Positions 1 to 10,589 of a stretch of DNA of 64,000 nucleotides are shown piece after piece. The DNA is taken from NCBI GenBank assembly GCA_037142615.1, contig JBAXAI010000004.1, positions 64,001 to 128,000 of the forward strand, given 5' to 3'. A program made the position numbers and the translations under genes. The DNA comes from Spirochaetales bacterium (lineage in GTDB: Bacteria > Spirochaetota > Spirochaetia > JABEVK01). Within the stretch, counting starts at the first letter, position 1. The number at the start of each line of letters is the position of its first letter. The notes beneath the pieces are model-generated. The model was not told the origin of the DNA. It saw only the letters and a program-made list of their open reading frames with translations, and ran no database searches.

Positions 1-2
1 AC

Positions 3-734
3 TTGTTGCCCAGCGACTTGCTGGGGTTCTCGGTGTACAACCCCCACGACGGCAGTTTCAGCTTCCGCACCGGTCCGCTCGAAAACACCATCATTCTGTT
101 TGACGAGATCAACCGGGCCAGCCCGCGCACGCAGTCGGCGCTGTTGCAGGCCATGGGCGAGGGCGAGCTCAGCCGTGACGGCCGGGTGGTGGCGCTGCCC
201 GACCCGTGGCTGGTGATCGCCACCGAGAATCCCGTCGAGTTTGAAGGCACGTTTGTGCTCCCCGAGGCGCAGAAAGACCGGTTCTTGATGGGGTTTTCAC
301 TCGGTTACCCCAGCCGCGAGCACGAAACGGCCCTTGTCACGGGAGGGGGCTACCAGCGCCGCGGACTCGAAGGCGTAGCGGCCGTTTCGGGTCCCGACGA
401 GGTGCGTCGCTTGCGCGGTCTTCTGCCCGGAGTGTTCGTCGATCCCAAAGTGACCGGGTACCTGCTCGATCTGACCGAGGCGACCCGGCAGGATCCGAGC
501 TTCCGGTTGGGACTTTCGCCCCGGGGCAGCCAGGCGATGTTCCAGGCTTGCCGGGCGCTGGCGCTGATCCGGGGCCGTGATTTCGTGCTGCCCGACGACG
601 TGCGCGAGCTGTTCTTGCCGGTGCTGGGGCCCCGCATGGTTCTCAAGCCCACGGCGGCGGCGCGCGGCCACGACGTGAAAACCCTGCTTGCCAGCCTGCT
701 GGACCGGCTGCCCACCCCAGCCCTGCGGCTATGA
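3..734 (+). CDS. MoxR-family AAA+ ATPase (5'-truncated by window edge)
   Basis: LLPSDLLG, Walker B ILFDEINRA, TQSALLQAM, ATENPVEFEGTFVLPEAQKDRF and SPRGS are MoxR signatures. Confidence 0.92.
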   Translation: MLPSDLLGFSVYNPHDGSFSFRTGPLENTIILFDEINRASPRTQSALLQAMGEGELSRDGRVVALPDPWLVIATENPVEFEGTFVLPEAQKDRFLMGFSLGYPSREHETALVTGGGYQRRGLEGVAAVSGPDEVRRLRGLLPGVFVDPKVTGYLLDLTEATRQDPSFRLGLSPRGSQAMFQACRALALIRGRDFVLPDDVRELFLPVLGPRMVLKPTAAARGHDVKTLLASLLDRLPTPALRL

Positions 735-1813
735 TCGCGGGCGCGGCTCTGGTGCTGGCGGGGTTGGCGGTTCCCTGGCCGCTGGTGCGCTGGAGCTTGG
801 TGCTGGTCGGGCTGTTCGTGGCCGCCTCGCGGGCCTGGGCACTGCTGCTGTCGACCTCGCTGCGGGTCAAGGCCGAGTTTCCCACCGAAAGATCGTTCAG
901 CGGCCAGGTCCTCGAAGTCCGCTACCGGCTGGAAAACCGGGGGCCGCTAGCCTCGGGAGTGGTCCATTTGGCTGACTTTGCCGGCAACCTCGAAATCCTC
1001 GGTTCTGCCCGTCATTTCGTCAGTCCGGGACCTCTGGGTGTGCGGCGCTTTGGCTACCGGCTGAAGCCCAACGCGCGCGGTCTGGTCGAATTGGGACCGT
1101 TCGAAGTGAGCGCGAGCGATCCGGCGGGGTTTTTCCCGTTCCGCAACGTGCAGAAAGGCGATCAGCGGCGGCTTGTCGTGTACCCGCCCCTGCGCCCGGG
1201 GACAGACCTCAGCGACGACGGGCTTCCACCCGGGTCGCGGCAGCGCGACCACTATTGGGAAGAAGACAACACGCGCTTCCGGGCCTACCGCGAGTTCCGC
1301 GAGGGGGACGAGTTGTCGCGCCTGGTGGCTTCGGCCTCGTCGCGCCTTCAGATGCCGGTGGTGCGCACCTTTGACCGCACGCGGGCGTACCCGGTGTTGG
1401 TGTTTCTCGACCTGCGGCTGCACCGCTACCCTCTCAAACAGCGCTGGGCCGTGGTCGAGCGGGTGGTCGAAACGGCCGCGGGGATGCTTTGGGCCGCTTT
1501 GTCCCGGGGTGAAACGGCGTGGATGTCGGCTATTGGTCACCGCGCCACAGATGACATCGCCGGCGGCGCAGAAAGGTGGGGTCCCGGTAACGACCCCGCT
1601 TCGGCGCAGGGTTTTCTGGAGGCGCTGGCGGTGATCCGGCCTTGGGAGGGTACTCCTGCCCTGGATTGGGACGAAGCGGCTTGGTGGGGCAGTTTGCCCG
1701 CACCCCCCTTGCAGGTGTTCCGGCTCGGACCGCGGCCGCAACAGATCGGCGCCGCTACTGACGAGTCTGCCGACTGGAAGCGCCGCTGGAAGGTGACCGA
1801 TGTCTGGCTCTGA
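731..1813 (+). CDS. DUF58 domain-containing protein
   Basis: Overlaps the MoxR stop (ATGA); N-terminal TM helices; REFREGDELSRL resembles the DUF58 R-E-Y-x-x-G-D motif; typical MoxR partner. Confidence 0.8.
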   Translation: MIAGAALVLAGLAVPWPLVRWSLVLVGLFVAASRAWALLLSTSLRVKAEFPTERSFSGQVLEVRYRLENRGPLASGVVHLADFAGNLEILGSARHFVSPGPLGVRRFGYRLKPNARGLVELGPFEVSASDPAGFFPFRNVQKGDQRRLVVYPPLRPGTDLSDDGLPPGSRQRDHYWEEDNTRFRAYREFREGDELSRLVASASSRLQMPVVRTFDRTRAYPVLVFLDLRLHRYPLKQRWAVVERVVETAAGMLWAALSRGETAWMSAIGHRATDDIAGGAERWGPGNDPASAQGFLEALAVIRPWEGTPALDWDEAAWWGSLPAPPLQVFRLGPRPQQIGAATDESADWKRRWKVTDVWL

Positions 1814-3272
1814 ATTGTCGCCTCGGAGCGAGCTTCAGCCGTTTCACGCGCCGCAGGGGTTGCACCTGGTGTTGGCGGTCGGGCTCCCATGGCTGGCCAC
1901 GGCGCTGCTGACGTGGGAGGCGTTTTCGCCCTGGCCGTGGGGCCTGTGCGTACTTGCGCTCGCCCACGGGCTGGCGCTGGGGTTCTGGGCGCCGTGGAGC
2001 CTGTTTTCGCGCCAGAATCCGCTGGTGAAGTTCTGGCTGTGGCTGGGGCTTCAAGTACTCACCGGGGCCTTTCTCTTCCTCTTTGGCGGCGAGTTCTGGT
2101 GGGGCTGGGGCCTGCTGTTGTTTGTGCAAGGGCAGCTGACCGTCATCTTGCAGAACCAACTGACGCCCCGGGCCCGGCTGTACTTCAAGCTCGAAGGGAT
2201 CGCGGACGGTCCGGCTCTCGAGGCCCGGGTGCACGATTTTCAGCTGGACGCGGACTTTTCGGCCGGCAACCGGCACGAGCTGCTCGGGCACCTCGCCGCG
2301 CTGGGTGTGGTGGTCGTGGCGGTGTCGTCCAGCCTTCCCCGGGGAATGACCTCGTTGGGAACGCTGCTGGCCGCCGGGTTTGTCGTGCTGCTGCTCGTGG
2401 TGGCGGCGATGACCGGCGGGTGGCGCCGCGAGATGGGGGCGCTGGTGTACGGACGGCGCTTCACCTGGGCCGAGAAGGCGAGGTCCCTCGCACTCGCCGT
2501 GGGCTTGCTGGCGGTTTGTGCCCTGGGCGCGTGGCTGCTGGTCAGCACCGTGGGAACCTTGGTCGACTGGAGGAAGCTCCTTTCCGGAGCGCCGCACATC
2601 CCGGTCCCTGAGGCACCTCAGTACCCGATCCAACCCGTGTTGCCTCCCGAGGCCAGCGAGGGTCCGTCGTTCTCGGCCCTCGTGATCGCCTTTTGGTACC
2701 GGGTGCTGCACGTGGACCGGCTTGTCCTGCTGGTGGGCGTGGGGCTGCAGGTGCTCGCGGTGGCCCTTCCGTTGGGCCTGCTGTTGTGGGCGCTGTGGCC
2801 TCTGTTCCGCCTCTTGGGGCCCGACAGACCCCGAACCCCGGGTCTGCTCCGGCTCTGGTGGAAGCTCTTGTTGTTGCAGTGGAAGGAGTTCTGGCACCGG
2901 CTGTGGGTGCTTCCTGGCGAACTCGCCCCTTCGGCCGACCGCGAATTGTTGCCTCTGCAAGGGGTCGATGCGTGGCTGGCGTCGTTGGTACGTTCGCAAA
3001 AAGGCAAACGCCTCCCGTTGTACCCGGAATTGCTGGCCGCGTTTGTGCGGCTGTTGGAATGGGCCCGGCCCGAAGTGGAGTACCAGCTTGGCGAGACGAC
3101 GACCGCCTGGGCCCGCCGCGTGGCAGCCGTTTTTCCGCTTCAGGCTGCCGAGGTGCTGCGGGTCTCAGAGCTGCTCGAAGTCGAACTGTTCTCGTCGCGG
3201 CGCCTCGACGCCGGGGGGCGGCGGGAGTTCCTTGCGGCAGTGAACTCAGTCGTTGTAAGCTCCAAAGTATGA
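1800..3272 (+). CDS. Polytopic membrane protein, probable C-terminal DUF4129-like domain
   Basis: Many hydrophobic segments; C-terminal GETTTAWARRV...ELFS resembles DUF4129; third gene of the MoxR/DUF58 cluster. Confidence 0.6.
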   Translation: MSGSELSPRSELQPFHAPQGLHLVLAVGLPWLATALLTWEAFSPWPWGLCVLALAHGLALGFWAPWSLFSRQNPLVKFWLWLGLQVLTGAFLFLFGGEFWWGWGLLLFVQGQLTVILQNQLTPRARLYFKLEGIADGPALEARVHDFQLDADFSAGNRHELLGHLAALGVVVVAVSSSLPRGMTSLGTLLAAGFVVLLLVVAAMTGGWRREMGALVYGRRFTWAEKARSLALAVGLLAVCALGAWLLVSTVGTLVDWRKLLSGAPHIPVPEAPQYPIQPVLPPEASEGPSFSALVIAFWYRVLHVDRLVLLVGVGLQVLAVALPLGLLLWALWPLFRLLGPDRPRTPGLLRLWWKLLLLQWKEFWHRLWVLPGELAPSADRELLPLQGVDAWLASLVRSQKGKRLPLYPELLAAFVRLLEWARPEVEYQLGETTTAWARRVAAVFPLQAAEVLRVSELLEVELFSSRRLDAGGRREFLAAVNSVVVSSKV

Positions 3273-3877
3273 ACGCCGAGCCCGAGTCCCTGAGCGGCCA
3301 GTTCCTCATCGCCGACCTCGACCTGACCGATCCGAGCTTTCTGCGGTCGGTGGTGCTGGTGGTGGAACACAACGCCGAGGGGGCCTTCGGGCTGATCATC
3401 AACCGTCCCTTGGGCCTGACGGCGGCCCAGATTGTGCAAGAGAACGCCGAGCCGGTCGAGTTTCCCGAGCGCCGGGGCAAGATTCCCCTGTACGGGGGTG
3501 GCCCGGTGGAAAATCAGGCGGTCTTCACCTTGCATTCCGGCCTGGAGCCTTCGTCGTGCTCGCCAGCCGTGCGCGAGATCGCTCCCGGGCTGTTCTTTGA
3601 GCCGAGTTTTCCGGCCGTGCGGCGCTACGTTTCGGGCATCGCTCCCGAGTACCCGCCCGACGACACGCCGACCATCCGGCTCTACCTCGGGTACGCCGGC
3701 TGGGGCGAAGGCCAGCTCGAAGCCGAACGCCGCCAAGGCAGCTGGCACCTGTTGCCCGCCCGCGCCAGTCTCGTGTTCCAGACTCCCCCGCAGGACATCT
3801 GGCAGCGCGCCATGGAACTCAAGGGTGGTTTTTGGAGCATCGTTGCCCAGACCGGCTTCAAACCCTCGTTGAACTGA
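3269..3877 (+). CDS. YqgE/AlgH family protein
   Basis: GQFLIA, FLRSVVLVVEH, GAFGLIINRP, GGPV and LGYAGWGEGQLE motifs; ATG at 3269 overlaps the upstream stop. Confidence 0.92.
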   Translation: MNAEPESLSGQFLIADLDLTDPSFLRSVVLVVEHNAEGAFGLIINRPLGLTAAQIVQENAEPVEFPERRGKIPLYGGGPVENQAVFTLHSGLEPSSCSPAVREIAPGLFFEPSFPAVRRYVSGIAPEYPPDDTPTIRLYLGYAGWGEGQLEAERRQGSWHLLPARASLVFQTPPQDIWQRAMELKGGFWSIVAQTGFKPSLN

Positions 3878-3924
3878 AACCCGCTTTGCGCTATTGATGC
3901 AATCGGGTGTGGTACACTCCAATC

Positions 3925-6900
3925 ATGCCGCTTACTTTGATTCAGCACTACGACTTGAGCTGGCTCGCCCTCCGTTTGGCCACCGACCTGAGGCATCGCC
4001 CCTCCGGTTTGGGTGCCCTCGAGGCCGAGCCTCTGATCGTGCAAACGCCAGGGATGGAAAAGTGGGTGGCGCTCGAGTGCGCGCGGCTCAACGGGTCGTA
4101 CACACGGGTTCAGGCGCAGACTCCGGTGCAGTTCTTGATGAAGCTGGGTTTTCTGGCGCTCAAAAAGACCGAGGACCGAAGCGTGTTCGAAAAGGACGTT
4201 CTGCCGTGGGCGCTCTACCGTATTTTGCAGGAGGACCTGAAACTCGGGCTGGACGAGCTGGACGCGTTGCGCTCGTATGTGCACTTCGGGACCCCAGGGC
4301 AAGGCGAGGAAGCTTCCGTTAGGCTGTTTTCGCTGGCCAGTTCGCTGGGTGACCTCTTTGACCAGTACATGCTCTACCGGCCGGAATGGCTGGCGGTCTG
4401 GGAAGGCCACGGCCAAGTTGCCGAACTGGCCAAGTTTGCCCGCGACGAAGAGGCGTGGCAGGGTCACCTGTGGCGCCGTTTGCAGGCCTTGGCTCAGCTG
4501 ACCCCGTCGCCGGTCAACCGGGACCAGTACTTTTCGCGTCTGTTCGCCGCGCTGGAGCACCCCGATCCTAAGTGGCCCATCCCGCCCCGGATTTTCCTTT
4601 TCGGCATGTCGGTGTTGCCACCCCGCTTTCTCGAAATCTTTCAAGTGCTCGGGGAGCACACTCAGGTGCTGGTGTACCTCCAGACGCCCACTTTGCACTA
4701 CTGGGGCGACCTTCAGCGCGACTCGGTGGCTCTCAAGGCCGGGGTGGCTCCCACAGGCAACCGCCTTTTGGCCAACCTGGGCGAGGCCGGTCAGGAGTTT
4801 CTCGACTTGTTGCTTGCCACCAACCCCCATCAGATCGACACTTGGTCGGACGCCGACTTTTTTCCCCCGGAACCGACCACCTTGCTGGGTTGGTTGAAGC
4901 AGGACGTGCTCCTTTGCCGGGAGGCGGCCAACGAGCCACGGGTTCTGACCGACGACGACTCGCTTCGGTTGGCCCGCTGCACCTCGCCGCTGCGTGAGGT
5001 CGAAGTCTTGCATGACCTGCTGCTCGATGCTCTGGCCGACCATCCAGAGCTCACGCCGTCGGACCTTCTGATTGTGTCGCCCGACCTCGAGACCTATGCG
5101 CCACTGATTGAGCAGGCTTTCACCCGCGTGCCGTTCACCGTCGCCGATCACCCCGCTCTAGCCGAGAATCGCCCGATGCGCCTCGCGGCAGACCTGCTGC
5201 AAGCGGCGGCCGGGGGGTTTTCTCCCGCCGAAGTGGTGGGGCTGTTTGAAGAGGCCTGCGACGTGGCCGGGAAACCCCTCGACGCGCGGGAACGTGAGGT
5301 GGTCACTGACTGGGTACTGAACTCGGGCATCCGGCACGAGTTTTCGGGCCCGGAATTGACGTGGGAAGCGGGGCTGGCAAGGTTGATGGCCGGCTACTCG
5401 ATCGACGGACAGGAACCGGCTGAAGGCGGCCTGTTGCCGGTTGCCGGGGTCACCTCGCAGGCCCCCTTGCTGGGACGCTTGGCCGAGTTTGTCCGTACGC
5501 TGGCGGCACTGGCAGAGCTCAAGGGCCGTTCGATGCTTCTTGCCGACTGGATCGGGCAGATCCGCCGTCCGCTGGCCCTGCTGCTGGGGGGCGAAGACGA
5601 GGTGGACGGCGGCGCCGATTTCACGCCGCTGGGCCCGCTGACGTTGGCTGCCGACCGGTTGTCCGAGCGCTTCGTGCTCACCGGCCTCGAGGCGCAGAGC
5701 CTGTCTTGGGACCTGGTGTTGCGGGCCTGGATCGATGAACTGGCCGTTGCCGCTGCGCCGGGCTCATTCCTCTCGGGCAGGGCTACGGTCTGTGGCATGG
5801 TGCCGATGCGTTCGCTCCCGTTTCCGGTGATCGCCGTCTTGGGCCTGCAGCAGGGCCTTTATCCCCGGCATTCCGAAGCCCCGGAGTACGACCTGATGCG
5901 TCTGGTTCGCCACGGCGGCGACCGGGACGTCCTTCAGTCCGACCGCTACCTCTTCCTCGAGCTCCTTACCGCGGCTGGGGACCGGCTCATCCTCACCGCC
6001 AGTGGCCTTACCGATAAGGGCGAGGCTTCGCCACTGTCGAGCGTCGCTCAGTTGCTGGTCAGTTGGCTCGACCGCGAGTATCTGGTCGAACGAAAAGGCG
6101 GGCCCAAACCTGCGGGCGAGGCCATCACCGTGACGTACCCGCTGAGTCCCGCTTCGCTTCGCTACCAATGGCAGCACGGCGGAGTAGAAGTCTCAACCTG
6201 GAACACCCGTTGGTTTGAGGTCCTGCCCGAAGCGCCACCGGCGGTCCCGTTTTGGGATTGGAGGGCGCGGGCACCCGAAAGGGCCGCCGAAGTTGGGGCC
6301 GGTTGGTTGGTGAGGGCGCTCGACGACCCGCTGAAGGCTTTTTTCGAGCAGGGGCTCGAAGCCCTTGAACCACGCGCGGCCGAGGCCCTGCCCGAGTCCG
6401 AGCTCTTCGGTGTGCACGGCCTCGACGAGTATCAATTGCGCAGCGCAGTTTACGCCGTCGACCGGGGTGACCTTTGGGCACTGGCAAGACTTCGGGCCTC
6501 TGGTGGACTCCCCCCGGGTAACGCGGGCGACCACTGGCAGAACGCCGAAGTCCGCAATCTGGCGTCGCGACTGGCCGCTGCCGAAAGAGCACTCGGAACC
6601 AAGCCAACCTACCAGCGGGTATGCCTGGGCGGCAACGGCCTCCACGCCCTTGTCTGGGAAGGTGAACTGGCCCGCCATGGTTCGCGGCAGGTTCTGCTTG
6701 ATCCCGGCAAGGTCAAGGGCAAGCGACGCTTGAACGCTGCCATTGTCCATGCGCTCGCGAACCTGGCGGGTCCGTGGACGACAGTCTTGGTGGCCCTCGA
6801 CGCGACCCTCCAGTTTGGGCCCCTGCCGGGCGACGAGGCGCGCGCCTACCTGGATCGCTGGCTAGGACTGGGCTACCAAAGCGTGGAACGGCCCTTGCCC

Positions 6901-7149
6901 TTCACCCTCAACGCAGCCTGGGCCGCCTGCGAAAAGCCAGGTGCGGACCGAGAAAGTCGATTGCACGATGCCTGGAAGCAACTGGAAGGCCCCTTGGGTA
7001 CCAAGTACAATGGTAGCCGTTGGGAACTCAACCCTCGGTTGATCCGCGCTTTCGACGGAGCGCTAGACTTGGAAGAAGCTGGCGTCGCCGAGCTATTTCT
7101 GACGTGCGCCGAACAGCTGTTCGCCCTTTGGCCAGGGGAGCGCCTATGA
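3925..7149 (+). CDS. recC: Exodeoxyribonuclease V gamma subunit
   Basis: IVQTPGMEKW, DLFDQYMLYRPEW, SPLREVEVLHD, PMRSLPF and DRYLFLE motifs; precedes recB and recD; ATG at 3925. Confidence 0.93.
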   Translation: MPLTLIQHYDLSWLALRLATDLRHRPSGLGALEAEPLIVQTPGMEKWVALECARLNGSYTRVQAQTPVQFLMKLGFLALKKTEDRSVFEKDVLPWALYRILQEDLKLGLDELDALRSYVHFGTPGQGEEASVRLFSLASSLGDLFDQYMLYRPEWLAVWEGHGQVAELAKFARDEEAWQGHLWRRLQALAQLTPSPVNRDQYFSRLFAALEHPDPKWPIPPRIFLFGMSVLPPRFLEIFQVLGEHTQVLVYLQTPTLHYWGDLQRDSVALKAGVAPTGNRLLANLGEAGQEFLDLLLATNPHQIDTWSDADFFPPEPTTLLGWLKQDVLLCREAANEPRVLTDDDSLRLARCTSPLREVEVLHDLLLDALADHPELTPSDLLIVSPDLETYAPLIEQAFTRVPFTVADHPALAENRPMRLAADLLQAAAGGFSPAEVVGLFEEACDVAGKPLDAREREVVTDWVLNSGIRHEFSGPELTWEAGLARLMAGYSIDGQEPAEGGLLPVAGVTSQAPLLGRLAEFVRTLAALAELKGRSMLLADWIGQIRRPLALLLGGEDEVDGGADFTPLGPLTLAADRLSERFVLTGLEAQSLSWDLVLRAWIDELAVAAAPGSFLSGRATVCGMVPMRSLPFPVIAVLGLQQGLYPRHSEAPEYDLMRLVRHGGDRDVLQSDRYLFLELLTAAGDRLILTASGLTDKGEASPLSSVAQLLVSWLDREYLVERKGGPKPAGEAITVTYPLSPASLRYQWQHGGVEVSTWNTRWFEVLPEAPPAVPFWDWRARAPERAAEVGAGWLVRALDDPLKAFFEQGLEALEPRAAEALPESELFGVHGLDEYQLRSAVYAVDRGDLWALARLRASGGLPPGNAGDHWQNAEVRNLASRLAAAERALGTKPTYQRVCLGGNGLHALVWEGELARHGSRQVLLDPGKVKGKRRLNAAIVHALANLAGPWTTVLVALDATLQFGPLPGDEARAYLDRWLGLGYQSVERPLPFTLNAAWAACEKPGADRESRLHDAWKQLEGPLGTKYNGSRWELNPRLIRAFDGALDLEEAGVAELFLTCAEQLFALWPGERL

Positions 7150-10100
7150 GCCCGCTTCGCTTGCTCGACCTGAAAGTTCCGCTGACAGGAACCCACCTCA
7201 TCGAGGCCAGCGCCGGAACTGGCAAAACTTACACGCTCGGCCTCCTTGTGTTGCGGTTGGTGCTCGAAAACGACTTCGACGTGCGCCAGTTGGCGGTGGT
7301 CACCTTCACCGAAGCGGCAGCGGCCGAATTGGCCGACCGGATAGGCCAGTTCCTCCGTCGCGCGAGGCAAGCTTTGCTGGGAAACAACACCGACCCCACG
7401 GCGGACCCGGACATTGCTGCCCTCGTCGACGGTCTTTGCGCTGCGAGGGGGGCCCCGCTGCTGGCCCAACGGCTCGATCTGGCCGAGTTGCGGCTCGATC
7501 AAGCGCGAATCACTACGATTCACGGTTTCTGTTCCCGGTTGCTGACCGAGTTCTCGTTCGAATTGCACGCCGGGCTTGGCTACGAGCATCTGGAGTCCGA
7601 AGACGGGCTGATCGGCGAAGTCTTGGCTGAGTTTTGGCGTACCCACCTGAAGCCTCTGCCGGCCGCCTGGCAGGCTCAGGTCGCAGGTTTGGACCCGACT
7701 TCGCTGGCAAGCTTGCTGGGGCCCCTGCTGAATCATCCTGGCTTGCCCGTCGTCGGCGAGGTTACGGATTCCGTGGCCACCCAGGCAGCTTGGGGAGCCT
7801 GGGGTGCCCTCCGTCGGAAGTTTGAGGCCGACCGGCCGCAGCTTGAGCAGCTTCTGTTTGAGACCCCGACGCGCTTTGGCACCAAGGCCGTCGTGGGAAA
7901 AGACCCTGCCAGGGCGCTCCGCGAGGCCGAAGCCGCCCTTCAGAACGATTCGTTTGGCGCGGACGAACTCGCCCGGTTTGGTTTCACGCGGCTGACCAAG
8001 GCGCTGAACCAAGAAAAGCGGGACTTTGCTGAACTGGGGGTGATGCGGGCCATCGAGGAGTTCGACCGCGACCACCTGGTGCATCTGAATCAGCAGAAGT
8101 CCTCGCTGTTGGTGGCGGCGTGGAAGTACCTTCAGGAGCACCTTCCCGCCCGAAAGGCGCAGCTCCGTCTGCGCTCGCCCAACGACCTGATTAGGGGAGT
8201 CTACGACGGGCTGGCCGTAGCGAGCCCCCGAAGTCTCGAGGCCATCCGTTCGCGGTTCCGTGCCGTGTTCGTCGATGAGTTCCAGGACACCGACCCGCGG
8301 CAGTACGACATTTTTCAACGCCTGTTCGGGCCACCCAACCCTCAGTTGTTTGTGGTGGTAGGAGACCCTAAGCAGGCCATCTACGGCTTCCGTGGCGGTG
8401 ATATCGAAGCCTATCTGCGGGCCGCCAACGACATAGAAGTGTCCAACCGCCACTCGCTGGCCACCAACCACCGGTCGTCTGCCCGCTTGCTCGAAGCCCT
8501 CAATCTCGTTTATGAACCTCACCTCGATCCGTTCCAAACCGCCAGCGGGCGCTACCAGATCGGCTACCAACGAGTGGGGCCCACTACTTCCCCACCGCCC
8601 GAGGTCACTGGCGAGGGCATGGTTCTGCCCCCGCTGACGTTGTGGGACTTCGACACCGGCAAGGCCCCTCGGCCTTCGGTCATTGCCGCCCGTATCGCGT
8701 ACGAGGTCCAGCGCCTCAAGGCCGGGGCCCGTCACAAAGACCGTGCACTTCAAAACCGCGACTTTGCCATCCTTGTCAGCTCCCACGCCAACGCCCGCAA
8801 GCTCCGCCGGGAGCTCGCGAAGCCACCGTTTCAACTCCTGGCGGTTACCGGTCAATCGGGCTCGGTACTGCAGTCCGACGAGGCGTCGAACCTGAAGCTG
8901 ACGCTGCAGGCACTGGTGAGTCCGTCGAACCTGGGGCTGGTGAGGGCCCTTCTCCTTTCGAGTTTGCACGGCTGGGACAACCTCCAGCTTGAGGCCTGGA
9001 ACAACGACTCGCGGGCCGTCCTCGGCACTCTCGGGCAACTTTCCCGGACCCGCCTGCGTTGGGAAGCCCGTGGAGTCGCCCGCGCCCTCGATGAGTTGCT
9101 TCACACCTGGGGGGTCTGGACTCCACCGTCCCGGTCCGAGACGTCGCTGGGGCACCAGCGGACCGTGACCAACTACCGCCATCTTCTCGAGATCCTTCAC
9201 GCCCAAGACGAGAGGCTCGGTCGACAGCCGGTTCGTACCCTGCGGTGTTTCATCGACCTGATGGCCAACCCGGACGACCAGGCGTACGAGCAGAGGCTCG
9301 AGGCCGACGAGGGTGCGCTTCAGATTGTTACCATGCACAAGGCCAAGGGGCTGCAATGGCCGGTAGTTTTCGCGGTGGACCTCGCGCGGGATCCCAGTCC
9401 CAATTCCAAGACCCCGCCGCTCGTCGAGGGGGCCGAAGGTCGGCAGATCGATTTTCGGGCCAGCGCAAGTGAGGCTGCCAAGGCCTACCAAAAAGCCGCC
9501 TCGGCCCAGGAGCGTCAACGTCTGGGCTACGTGGCCCTGACGCGCGCCGAAGGCTTGCTCTACGTGGTACGCTGGAAGTCAGACAAGAACGCCTCGTCTC
9601 CGGCCCAGTACCTGTTCGGTTCCGTAGTTGCGCCCTTGGCCGGGACGGACAGGCAACCCTTGATCGATGTTGCGCCCCTGACCGAGTTGGGTCCCTGGGT
9701 GCCCACGCCGTTGACTCACTCGCCCGACCCTCATCCGGGCGTCCGCACCTGGGACGAAACCCGTCACCTTGTTCCCCGTTTCATGGTGGGGAGCTATTCG
9801 GGCCTCACCCGGGACCTTTCCAAGCACCCTGCCATACCCCCGACCTCATCGTCAGGGTCCAGCTTGCCCGAGTTCCCTCGTGGCAAAGAGGCAGGGACCG
9901 CTCTCCATACCGTGCTCGAGAAGATCGACTTTGTCAGCCCCGACCAGGCAAGGATACGTTCGCTGCTTGCGTCCGCTGGAATCGAGCCCCAATACAACGA
10001 AACCGGCATTCAGCTTGTCGAGACCGTCCTGCAAACTCAACTCATACCGGGACGAGAAAAGGCCAGCCCGTTTTCGCTGGCTTCGCTGTCACGGCAGGAC

Positions 10101-10589
10101 CACGCGGCCGAGGTGCCGTTCTACTTGACCGCTCAGTACGGCCAGAGGGACCGGGCCCTGACGGCTGGGCGGCTGGCAGAGGTTCCTGGCGCCCGCGAGG
10201 CCGGCTTGGAACTCGCACCCAACGCCAACTTGTCAGGCTACCTCAACGGCGTGATCGACCTCGTGGTTCGCCACGAGCAGCGCTGGTACCTGCTCGACTG
10301 GAAGTCCAACTACCTCGGGGGTTCGCCCGAAGACTACCAGCAGGCCCAACTTGATCACGCGATGCGGAGCAACCACTACCTGTTGCAGGCGCACCTTTAC
10401 ACCGTGGCTTGGGATCGCCACCTCCGATTGCTGGCTTCTGCCCCCGGAGCCGAGCCCTACGACTACAACCTGCACTTCGGAGGCGTGTTCTATCTCTTCC
10501 TGAGGGGCGTTCAGCCCAGTTCTTCGTCGGGGATCTGGTTCCACAAACCGCCGCAAGCACTCATCACGGCGTTGGCGGAGTTGCTATGA
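7146..10589 (+). CDS. recB: Exodeoxyribonuclease V beta subunit (helicase-nuclease)
   Basis: EASAGTGKT, VTFTEAA, VDEFQDTD, GDPKQAIYGFRG, TMHKAKGLQW, YVALTRA; nuclease motif GVIDLV...DWKSN. Confidence 0.95.
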   Translation: MSPLRLLDLKVPLTGTHLIEASAGTGKTYTLGLLVLRLVLENDFDVRQLAVVTFTEAAAAELADRIGQFLRRARQALLGNNTDPTADPDIAALVDGLCAARGAPLLAQRLDLAELRLDQARITTIHGFCSRLLTEFSFELHAGLGYEHLESEDGLIGEVLAEFWRTHLKPLPAAWQAQVAGLDPTSLASLLGPLLNHPGLPVVGEVTDSVATQAAWGAWGALRRKFEADRPQLEQLLFETPTRFGTKAVVGKDPARALREAEAALQNDSFGADELARFGFTRLTKALNQEKRDFAELGVMRAIEEFDRDHLVHLNQQKSSLLVAAWKYLQEHLPARKAQLRLRSPNDLIRGVYDGLAVASPRSLEAIRSRFRAVFVDEFQDTDPRQYDIFQRLFGPPNPQLFVVVGDPKQAIYGFRGGDIEAYLRAANDIEVSNRHSLATNHRSSARLLEALNLVYEPHLDPFQTASGRYQIGYQRVGPTTSPPPEVTGEGMVLPPLTLWDFDTGKAPRPSVIAARIAYEVQRLKAGARHKDRALQNRDFAILVSSHANARKLRRELAKPPFQLLAVTGQSGSVLQSDEASNLKLTLQALVSPSNLGLVRALLLSSLHGWDNLQLEAWNNDSRAVLGTLGQLSRTRLRWEARGVARALDELLHTWGVWTPPSRSETSLGHQRTVTNYRHLLEILHAQDERLGRQPVRTLRCFIDLMANPDDQAYEQRLEADEGALQIVTMHKAKGLQWPVVFAVDLARDPSPNSKTPPLVEGAEGRQIDFRASASEAAKAYQKAASAQERQRLGYVALTRAEGLLYVVRWKSDKNASSPAQYLFGSVVAPLAGTDRQPLIDVAPLTELGPWVPTPLTHSPDPHPGVRTWDETRHLVPRFMVGSYSGLTRDLSKHPAIPPTSSSGSSLPEFPRGKEAGTALHTVLEKIDFVSPDQARIRSLLASAGIEPQYNETGIQLVETVLQTQLIPGREKASPFSLASLSRQDHAAEVPFYLTAQYGQRDRALTAGRLAEVPGAREAGLELAPNANLSGYLNGVIDLVVRHEQRWYLLDWKSNYLGGSPEDYQQAQLDHAMRSNHYLLQAHLYTVAWDRHLRLLASAPGAEPYDYNLHFGGVFYLFLRGVQPSSSSGIWFHKPPQALITALAELL

